Assembly (NCBI RefSeq): GCF_963921235.1
Contig: NC_086098.1
Coordinates: 7,130,001-7,194,000, forward strand
DNA length: 64,000 bases
From: Mobula hypostoma
Lineage: Eukaryota
Direction: 5' to 3'
Under the pieces are notes generated by a model. The model was given only the letters and a program-made list of their open reading frames with translations. It did no database searches and was not told the origin of the DNA. The first letter of the stretch is position 1; every line of letters starts with the position of its first letter. Made by a program: the position numbers and the translations under genes. This document shows, in pieces, positions 23,876-33,477 of the stretch.

Positions 23876-23939
23876 GGGTGGGATGAGTGGGCAAGAGAGT
23901 TATGTACAGATTGCAAGGATAAGTGCTAGGAGGGATAAA

Positions 23940-24262
23940 TGCTCTGTCCCTCTGACTATACCCCTTGCCCATCCTCTGGGTTTCCCCCCCCTCCCCCTTC
24001 TCTTTCTCCCTGGGCCTCCTGTCCCAGGATCCTCTCGTATCCCTTTTGCCAATCACCTGTCCAGCTCTTGGCTCCATCCCTCCCCCTCCTGTCTTCTCCT
24101 ATCATTTTGGATCTCCCCCTCCTCCTCCCACTTTCAAATCTCTTACTAGCTCTTCCTTCAGTTAGTCCTGACGAAGGGTCTCGGCCCGAAACGTTGACTG
24201 TACCTCTTCCTATAGATGCTGCCTGGCCTGCTGCGTTCACCAGCAACTTTGATGTGTGTTGA
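23940..24262 (+). mobile_element. Young solo Penelope pLTR
   Basis: Highly similar to 33225-33540. Confidence 0.85.
24164..24199 (+). ncRNA. Minimal hammerhead ribozyme motif
   Basis: AGTC-CTGACGA-A-GGGT(CTCG)GCCC-GAAA-CGTT-GACT: stem I, intact core, stem II and a palindromic ACGT in place of stem III. Confidence 0.75.
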
Positions 24263-27200
24263 ATCAGAATCAGAAACAGGCTTTATATCACTGGCAAATG
24301 CCATGAAATTTGCGGCAGAGGTACACTGCAATACATAATAATTAAAATAGTGTAGATTACAATAAGAAATATATTTTAAAATTAAATTAAGTAAATAATG
24401 CAAAAAAGAGAAAAAAGTAAAAAAGATGAGGTAGTGTTCATGGATTCAATGTCAATTGAGAAATCAGATGGCAGAAGGAAGAAGCTGTTCCTAAAGTGTT
24501 GTGTTTTTTCCTCCCTGAGGGGAGCAATGAGAAAAGGGTAGTTCTGTTTTTAATAAAATAAAAATTATAGTCACTTCCATCACTATAGAATTGCTAACTT
24601 CATTCAGATGGGACTTTCTATGGACTCACATATATTGCCTTTAAAGTTGCACCTTTTTTATTTACTATAGAAATAAATAAAATGCATTGGAGAGAAAACT
24701 GGGCCCTAAAAGCTTTACTAGATGTTTCATATAAAGCCAAGTCTGAGCGGTGCCATTTTCCTCAAATCTGAGCTAGTAACAATCTTATTCCTTTAAAGAA
24801 AAGATGATGTTAATTAGAGAGCTGTGTTGTTCTAAGCCGCACACACAACTCATTTCCGCTCAGTTTATCGGCCCATATCCCTATTGGCAATAAAACCAAC
24901 TTTCATCCAATTTAATGTTCGCAGGCTGCTGCTTATGCAGATTTAGTAACAGCTGATCCCCGTGGGCAGTTGAGAGATACTTGTAGTCGTTTGCATGAGG
25001 CCGCTGTTCCACAGGATAAGACACAATGTATTTTGCAAGTTCATTTTGATTTCAAATATTATACAGATTACGTCTATATCAAAGGAATGTTCTCTTAAGG
25101 TGCTTCTTAGTAGGGGAAATGATAGATTTAAATGGTGCTTTGGCCAACAATCCTCATTACCTCGTTATGAGCCTAGTTTTTCATTCTCTAAAAGTGTCAC
25201 CATTGGTTTAAACGAGACAACAATACGACAAACAAGCTTAGAGCTAAAATAATTTGACATTTTTCTTCACACTTTTTGCCCCAGAATTGTAATAAATCTA
25301 ACCTTGACTCAAGGAAAACACACAAAATGCTCCCCCAGCATTTTGTGTGTGTGTGTGTGTTACTTGGATTTCCAGCATCTGCAGATCTTCTCTTGTTTGT
25401 CAATAACTTTTACTGTTTGTATCCCTGAATAGCCGATGGATCCAATAATTACACTCCTTTTTCTGCACACTCAATTTAGTAACCAGTGGGGCAAAATGGT
25501 ATCAGTCTTCTCTAATTAGAATATTACTGACTGTCACTGGTATTTGTGAAAATAAAATACAGGTACAGTGTAAACCTGGATAAAAAAGTCAAATCCAGTA
25601 GAAATTTACCATAAGACCATATAGTATTGGAGTATAATTTGGCCATTCAACCCATCAAGTCTGCTCCGCCATTCAATCTATCTGACTTATTTTTCCTCGC
25701 AACCCTAATCTCCTGCCTTCTCCCTGTAACCTTTGAACCTTGATTAAGCAAGAATCTATCAACCTCGGCTTTAAATAAACCCGATGATTTGACCTCCAGT
25801 GGAGTCTGTGGCAAGGAATTCTACAGATACATCAGCCTCTGGCTAAAGAAATTCCTCCTCATCTCCACTCTAAAGGGACATCCCTGTATTCTCAGGCTGT
25901 GCCCTGTGACCGTAGACTCCCCGACTATAGGAAACATCGTCTCCACGTTCACTCTCTCAAGGCCTTACCATGCACCAGTGTTTCCCAGTTCTTTGGAAAA
26001 GCTTGGGATCAGTGCCAAGATGTCTTAGCAGCTGCCTGAAAAACTATCTTGGCATATTAGCTGTAACTGACAGGAAATCACAGCCTTTCTCTCTCCTTAC
26101 CTGATACATTTATTCTATTATTTTTGTTATTTAAATTTCCCCAGTTCTAATGAAAATGTTAGTCAAATTCACAGTTGAATTTGTTATCAAAGTACTAATA
26201 TGCTACCATCCGCTCAAGATTGCACCTGTGTACAACACTCCCTTGGTCGACATCTTCCAGATAGCAAATGAAAATAGCTTGTTTATTTCCTTTATGTCTC
26301 TTTTTCACCTTAAATGTGTTTCTGGGGCTGTTAGAACCTGCGATTTACTGCCTGGAGATTGCTTGAGTGATCCAGCTCTTTGCTGGCTCCGAGAAGATTC
26401 AGGGAAGCAACCCCGTATTCAGAAGGTCTTGATGCAATGAAAAATGTTGAGACGGGGTGTGAGTCTATCTTCAACTGTATTTCAGTCTTTAAAGCTTCCA
26501 TTAGTCACTGATGAGGTCTCAGGAGACTGAGACATTGAGGCGAACGCAGAAGGTGAGCGAGAGTTTCGCCGCCGACTGCCTGCCTTTCGGACACTGTCGG
26601 AGAGGGAGTCTGAGAGAGATCTGTCACTGTGTGGCTTGCTGTGACAAATGGGTAGGCCTCTCTGCCTTGTGTGGTGTCCCTCAATTTCAGTGGATGTCAG
26701 TGATATCGGGGGATGGTACTGAGGTTCTGCGTTTACGGATTGGACTATTGCGTTTATGGACTGTGGACTCTTTCAGATTTATGGTTTTTATATTCTGTGT
26801 TTTTTTAATCACCCGTTCCTTTTCCGTTTTGTTGAGTAGGGGGAGGGTCTTCTTGGGTCGATGTTCTGTTGTGCTCTGTTAGTTATTTCTGCAGGGTTGG
26901 GTTGTGTTTTGAGCGTTGATATTCCTGTTTGTTTTGGGGGCTTGATGATCGGGATGCCTTTCTTTTTTGTGCGGGGTGAGGGTTTGATGTTTGATGTCTT
27001 CCCTCGTGTTCGCTCTTTGTTTCGCGGTGATCTGGAGAAATACAAATTTCAGAGTTGTATATGCGCCCTGGAGTGTGAAGACTTTCCAGGCGCAGATCCA
27101 TGGTCTCACAAGACTAACGGATGCCTTAAAAATATGGATACAAGCTTTGATAATAAATGAACATTTGAACCTTTGATACTGTCCTGGACTGAAGGTTGAT

Positions 27201-29389
27201 CAGCCCTGTGACTTCTACTTTCACCCATGACTTCATAGGTCTTCCAGGCGAAGATCCGTCCTCACCCAGGAATGAGGTCGTTGGAGCTTTCTTTGGTGTT
27301 TCTGTAGCTTTGGGCTTTTGCGAGACGGGGTTGCGAGCCCCATGCCAACGCGTCTCCTTTCGCAGCCAGGCTCAGGCCCGTCCATGGCAGAGTTCAACCT
27401 TATTTTTTATGTATTGCATTGTTGCCGCAAGACAACAAATTTCACAACATACTTCAGTGATAATAAACGTGACTGTGAGTCAGATTCTGTCAGTTTTACA
27501 TTTGTTTTTGCTATCAGTGGCAATAATGAGCTGCAGCTAGAACTGCTCAGTTCATCTCACAGCAGCCTGGTAAAACAATTAGACCATGGGACGTGTATTG
27601 CTAAATCTGTCAGATGGACAAAAATATCTCACTGTACCTCACTTAAATTCAAACACTTCTGTAAAATTCCTTCCATAAAAATTAACATTTCTGAAGCTTA
27701 AAGGAATGGTTAACACACCATTCTACAGTCTCTTGTATCTTTATATAAACAGTCACTCATAAAGCTATAATCGGTGGTGAAATAGAATAAATGTCTGCAT
27801 CTGATGATTACATATAAATGTCCTCTGAAGTTAGGAAAATAGATCCCTTGAGCATTCTGATTCAACTTTCAAGTTAACCTTGAGGGAATTCTGAATCAGG
27901 ACTCCCAGTACCATTTGAACCGCGGATTTCTGAATTCTCTCCCCATTTACAAAACAATCTATACCTTTAATCTTCATACCAAAGTGCATAACCCCACCTT
28001 TTCTTACACTCTACTCCGTCTGCCACTTCTTTGTCCACTCTTGCAATCTGTGCAAGTCCGCATAACTCCTGTAACCCAGGAATGAAAGGGTTTACATACA
28101 AGCAGTGTTTGATGGCTTACCAGAGTTTAGAAGAATGAGGAGGACATCCAATTGAAAGGTCTAGATAAACTGTATGGAGAGAGAATGTTTCCTATAGTGG
28201 GGGAATCTATGACCAGAGAGGCACAGCCTCAGAATATAGGGAGATTCTTTAAGAACAAAAATGGGGAGAAATTTCTGTAGTCAGAAGGTAGTGAATCTGT
28301 GGAATTCGTTGCCACAGGCGGCTGTGGAGGCAAAGTCAATGTGTATATTTAAAGCGGAGATTGATAGTTTCTTGATTTGTCCGGGCATCGAAGGTTATGG
28401 GGAGGAGGCTGGAGAATGGGCTTGTGAGGGATAATGAATCAGCCATGATGGAATGATGGAATGATGGAGTGGAACTGATGGGCCAAGTGGCCTAATTCTG
28501 CTCCTATGTCTTATAATCTTATTATAAGTTTTCTCCTATTGAGTATGCAGCTGGGCCCTAGTAACATAATACTGGCGGAGGTCCATCCATGAGCGCTTAT
28601 ACGAACCAGCCTACATTTTGGTAAAAGATGGTGAATCGATCCAAATCTTTGCTCTTTATTTTGGAGACTTGCCTGTAAATTCACCCTAGGATTTGATGAC
28701 AGGAAAGGTCATGTTTTTTGACAGCTGCTATGAATCGCAGGTGAGATGAGATGGGGTTAGCTCTGGTGTAGTGCACACAGCCCCACAGATGAAATCAGCC
28801 CACAAAAATCAACAACTTATTAGACGAACAAAGCAGGCAAACCCATTGAGAAATCATGCAACGATCCAGCCGCAACAGCTGCCGCTATCACCCGAGTGCC
28901 ATAGTGGAAAACGAAGTGTACACAATGCGTTCAACAAAAAGCAGTTATTCTGTGCTGCTGACAATAAACCGGGCAGTTTTCCTTTTGCTTTCTTTGTGCA
29001 CTACTAACTTCCTTTAATTATACAAACATGTCGATCAGCAGTAAGGCCTTGGCAAGAACAGGCAGAGGCAAGGTAAAGGTAGGTAAGTTCATTCCTTATT
29101 CCTTATTTCTTTTTTTTCTGAATTAACTCTTGAGAGAATAGGGGTTACATCTACAGAGCCAGTCTTCTGTTCAGGGTGTCAGATGTGGGATTTCCGGGAG
29201 ACTCCCAGCCTCCCCGATGGCCACATCTGCGCCAGGTACATGGAGATGCAGCTCCTTAGAGACCGTGTTAGGGAACTGGAGCTGCAGCTCGATGACCTTC
29301 GGCTTGTCAGGGAGAGTGAAGCAGTGATAGACAGGAGCTACAGGGAGGTAGTCACCCCAAGGCTACCCCTTGACTACCCAAGGCTACAG

Positions 29390-29706
29390 TAGAGGCATCT
29401 GTTAGTCTTGAGAGACCATGGATCTGCGCCTGGAAAGTTTTCACTCTCCAGGGCGCAGGCCTGGGCAAGGTTGTATGGAAGACCGGCAGTTACCCATGCT
29501 GCAAGTCTCCCCTCTCCACGACGCCGATGTTGTCCAAGGGAAGGGCATTAGGACCCATACAGCTTGGCACCAAAGTCGTTACAGAGCAATGTGTGATTAA
29601 GTGCCTTGCTCAAGGACACAACACGCTGCCTCGGCTGGGGCTCAAACTCACGACCTTCAGATCACTAGTCAAACGCCTTAACCACTTGGCCACGTGCCCA
29701 CACATG
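29390..29706 (-). mobile_element. tRNA-derived SINE with CORE-like segment
   Basis: Minus strand GTGGCCAAGTGGTTAAGGCG..GAGTTTGAGCCC (A/B boxes) and TGTGTCCTTGAGCAAGGCACTTAA. TSD CCCAAGGCTACAG 29377-29389 / CCCGAGGCTACAG 29707-29719. Confidence 0.85.
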
Positions 29707-30507
29707 CCCGAGGCTACAGGAGACAGATAAATGGGTGACTGTCAGGAGAGGGAAGGGAGAATACCAGGTAGTGCAAAACACCCCTGTGGCTGTCCCCCTC
29801 ACCAATAAGTACTCCATTTTGAGTATTGTTGCGGCGGGGGCGGTGGGACACCTACCTGAGCAAAGCAGCAGTGGCCACGCCTCTGGCATTGAGTACAGCC
29901 CTGTGGCTCAGAAGGTTAGGGAACTGAAGATGATAGCACCAGTCGTAGGGAACACTATAGTTAGGGGGACAGATAGGTGATTCTGCGGACGCAATAAAGA
30001 AACACAGATGGTAGTTTGCCTCCCAGGTGTCAGGGTCTGCGATGTTTCTTGACGTGTCCACAACTTCCTGAAAAGGGAGAGTGGGCAACCAGAAGTCGTG
30101 GTACGTGTTGGTGCCAACAACGTAGGAACATAGGTAGAAAAAGGGAGGAGGTCCTGCAGAAGGAATACAGGTAGTTAGGAAGGAAGCTGGGAAGCAGGAC
30201 CTCAATGGTAGTAATCTCAGGATTGCTGCCTGTGCCACATGACAATGAGGATAGGAATAGAATGAGGTGGCAGATAAATATGTAGCTTAAGAATTGAAGC
30301 GGAGACAGAGATTCAGATTTCTGGAACACTGGGACATTTTTTGGATCAGGTGTGACCTGTACAGAGGGGACAGGTTGCACTTGAATCCGAAGGGGACTAA
30401 TATCCTTGCAAACAACAGGAATTCTGCAGATGCTGGAAATTCAAGCAACATACATCAAAGTTGCTGGTGAACGCAGCAGGCCAAGCAGCATCTATAGGAA
30501 GAGGCGC

Positions 30508-30543
30508 AGTCGACGTTTCAGGCCGAGACCCTTCGTCAGGACT
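30508..30543 (-). ncRNA. Minimal hammerhead ribozyme motif in the 3' pLTR
   Basis: Minus strand AGTC-CTGACGA-AGGGTCTCGGCCT-GAAA-CGTC-GACT. Confidence 0.75.
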
Positions 30544-30861
30544 AACTGAAGGAAGAGTGAGTAAGGGATTTGAAAGCTGGAGGGGGAGGGGGAGATGCAA
30601 AATGATAGGAGAAGACAGGAGGGGGAGGGATAGAGCCGAGAGCTGGACAGGTGATAGGCAAAAGGGGATACGAGAGGATCATGGGACAGGAGGCCTAGGG
30701 AGAAAGACGGGGGGGGGTGACCCAGAGGATGGGCAAGAGGTATATTCAGAGGGACAGAGGGAGAAAAAGGAGAGTGAGAGAAAGAATGTGTGCATAAAAA
30801 TGAGTAACAGCTGGGGTACGAGGGGGAGGTGGGGCCTAGCGGAAGTTAGAGAAGTCAATGT

Positions 30862-33195
30862 TCATGCCATCAGGTTGGAGGCTACCCAGACGGGTAGTTC
30901 CTCCAACCTGAGTGTGGCTTCATCTTTACAGTAGAGGAGGCCGTGGATAGACATGTCAGAATGGGAATGGGATGTGGAATTAAAATGTGTGGCCACTGGG
31001 AGATCCTGCTTTCTCTGGCGGACAGAGCGTAGATGTTCAGCAAAGCGGTCTCCCAGTCTGCGTCGGGTCTCACCAATATATAAAAGGCCACATCGGGAGC
31101 ACCGGACGCAGTATATCACCCCAGTCGACTCACAGGTGAAGTGATGCCTCACCTGGAAGGACTGTTTGGGGCCCTGAATGGTGGTAAGGGAGGAAGTGTA
31201 AGGGCATGTGTAGCACTTGTTCCGCTTACACGGATAAGTGCCAGGAGGGAGATCAGTGGGGAGGGATGGGGGGGACGAATGGACAAGGGAGTTGTGTAGG
31301 GAGCGATCCCTGCGGAATGCAGAGAGGGGGGAGGGAAAGATGTGCTTAGTGGTGGGATCCCGTTGGAGGTGGCGGAAGTTACGGAGAATAATATGTTGGA
31401 CCCGGAGGCTGGTGGGGTGGTAGGTGAGGACCAGGGGAACCCTATTCCTAGTGGGGTGGTGGGAGGATGGAGTGAGAGCAGATGTACGTGAAATGGGGGA
31501 GTTGCGTTTAAGAGCAGAGTTGATAGTGGAGGAAGGGAAGCCCCTTTCTTTAAAAAATGAAGACATCTCCCTCGTCCTAGAATGAAAAGCCTCATCCTGA
31601 GAGCAGATGCGGCGGAGACGGAGGAATTGCGAGAAGGGGATGGCGTTTTTGCAAGAGACAGGGTGAGAAGAGGAATAGTCCAGATAGCTGTGAGAGTCAG
31701 TAGGCTTATAGTAGATATCAGTGGATAAGCTGTCTCCAGAGACAGAGACAGAAAGATCTAGAAAGGGGAGGGAGGTGTCGGAAATAGACCAGGTAAACTT
31801 GAGGGCAGGGTGAAAGTTGGAGGCAAAGTTAATAAAGTCAACGAGTTCTGCATGCGTGCAGGAAGCAGCGCCAATGCAGTCGTCGATATAGCGAAGGAAA
31901 AGTGGGGGACAGATACCAGAATAGGCACGGAACATAGATTGTTCCACAAACCCAACAAAAAGGCAGGCATAGCTAGGACCCAGACGGGTGCCCATAGCTA
32001 CACCTTTAGTTTGGAGGAAATGGGAGGAGCAAAAGGAGAAATTATTAAGAGTAAGGACTAATTCCGCTAGACGGAGCAGAGTGGTGGTAGAGGGGAACTG
32101 ATTAGGTCTGGAATCCAAAAAGAAGCGTAGAGCTTTGAGACCTTCCTGATGGGGGATGGAAGTATATAAGGACTGGACATCCATGGTGAAAATAAAGCGG
32201 TGGGGGCCAGGGAACTTAAAATCATCGAAAAGTTTAAGAGCGTGAGAAGTGTCACGAACATAGGTCGGAAGGGATTGAACAAGGGGTGATAAAACAGTGT
32301 CGAGGTATGCAGAAACGAGTTCGGTGGGGCAGGAGCAAGCTGAGACAATAGGTCGGCCAGGACAGGCAGGTTTGTGGATCTTGGGTAGGAGGTAGAAACG
32401 GGAAGTGCGGGGTGTGGGAACTATAAGGTTGGTAGCAGTGGATGGGAGATCCCCTGAGCGGATAAAGTCGTTGATAGTGTGGGAGACAATGGCCTGGTGC
32501 TCCTTGGTGGGGTCACGATCGAGGGGTAAATAAGAGGAGGTATCCGCGAGTTGTCGCTGTGCCTCGGCAAGGTAGAGGTCAGTACGCCAGACTACAACAG
32601 CACCCCCTTTATCAGCGGGTTTAATAATAAGGTTAGGATTAGTGCGGAGGGAGTGGAGAGCAGAGCGTTCCGAAGGAGTGAGGTTGGAATGGGGACAAGG
32701 TGCGGTGAAGTCGAGACGGTTGATGTCCCATCGGCAGTTGGCAATAAAGAGATCCAGAGCAGGCAGAAGACCAGAGCGGGGTGTCCATGAAGAAGAGGAG
32801 GGTTGAAGACGGGAGAAGGGGTCATCGGTGGGGGTGGAAGAGTCCTTGCCGAAGAAGTAGGCTCGGAGACGGAGACGGCGGAAGAAAAGTTCCGCATCGT
32901 GGCGAACACGGAACTCGCTGAGGTGTGGGCGAAGGGGGACAAACGTGAGGCCCTTACTGAGAACAGAGCGTTCTGCCTCCGACAGTTGAAGGTCGGAGGG
33001 GATGGTAAAGACCCGGCACGGATGAGAGCTGGGATCAGAGGGGGGAGGGGGGAGGCTGGGGGTGTCAATGGAGAGGGGAGGGTTGGGGTGAGAGGAAGAT
33101 GGAGCCTCTGAGGGCCCAGGAGTTGACGGTGGGATCTGAGGAAGACGGGGTACCCTTCCTCTCGTACCCCATCTGTTACTCATTTTTATGCACAC
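30862..33195 (-). CDS. PLE reverse transcriptase / GIY-YIG endonuclease (777 aa; chimeric N-terminus, frameshifted C-terminus)
   Basis: Motifs LSKGLTFVP, IKPADKGGAVVV, LPKIHK, GRPIVS, TMDVQSLYTSI, GVAMGT, RYIDD, LPFLDL, YYKPTD, Cys linker CKRNKCYTC, VIYCVRCSRCGLLYIGETRR..RFAEH. Confidence 0.92.
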   Translation of the reverse strand: MCIKMSNRWGTRGRVPRLPQIPPSTPGPSEAPSSSHPNPPLSIDTPSLPPPPSDPSSHPCRVFTIPSDLQLSEAERSVLSKGLTFVPLRPHLSEFRVRHDAELFFRRLRLRAYFFGKDSSTPTDDPFSRLQPSSSSWTPRSGLLPALDLFIANCRWDINRLDFTAPCPHSNLTPSERSALHSLRTNPNLIIKPADKGGAVVVWRTDLYLAEAQRQLADTSSYLPLDRDPTKEHQAIVSHTINDFIRSGDLPSTATNLIVPTPRTSRFYLLPKIHKPACPGRPIVSACSCPTELVSAYLDTVLSPLVQSLPTYVRDTSHALKLFDDFKFPGPHRFIFTMDVQSLYTSIPHQEGLKALRFFLDSRPNQFPSTTTLLRLAELVLTLNNFSFCSSHFLQTKGVAMGTRLGPSYACLFVGFVEQSMFRAYSGICPPLFLRYIDDCIGAASCTHAELVDFINFASNFHPALKFTWSISDTSLPFLDLSVSVSGDSLSTDIYYKPTDSHSYLDYSSSHPVSCKNAIPFSQFLRLRRICSQDEAFHSRTREMSSFFKERGFPSSTINSALKRNSPISRTSALTPSSHHPTRNRVPLVLTYHPTSLRVQHIILRNFRHLQRDPTTKHIFPSPLSAFRRDRSLHNSLVHSSPPSLPTDLPPGTYPCKRNKCYTCPYTSSLTTIQGPKQSFQVRHHFTCESTGVIYCVRCSRCGLLYIGETRRRLGDRFAEHLRSVRQRKQDLPVATHFNSTSHSHSDMSIHGLLYCKDEATLRLEELPVWVASNLMA

Positions 33196-33441
33196 ATTCT
33201 TTCTCTCACTCTCCTTTTTCTCCCTCTGTCCCTCTGAATATACCTCTTGCCCATCCTCTGGGTCACCCCCCCCCCCGTCTTTCTTCCCGGACCTCCTGTC
33301 CCATGATCCTCTCGTATCACCTTTTGCCTATCACCTGTCCAGCTCTCGGCTCCATCCCTCCCCCTCCTGTCTTCTCCTATCATTTTGCATCTCCCCTTCC
33401 CCCTCCAGCTTTCAAATCCCTTACTCACTCTTCCTTCAGTT

Positions 33442-33477
33442 AGTCCTGACGAAGGGTCTTGGCCTGAAACGTCGACT
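33442..33477 (+). ncRNA. Minimal hammerhead ribozyme motif in the inverted pLTR
   Basis: AGTC-CTGACGA-AGGGTCTTGGCCT-GAAA-CGTC-GACT; predicted cleavage after GTC at 33473. Confidence 0.75.
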
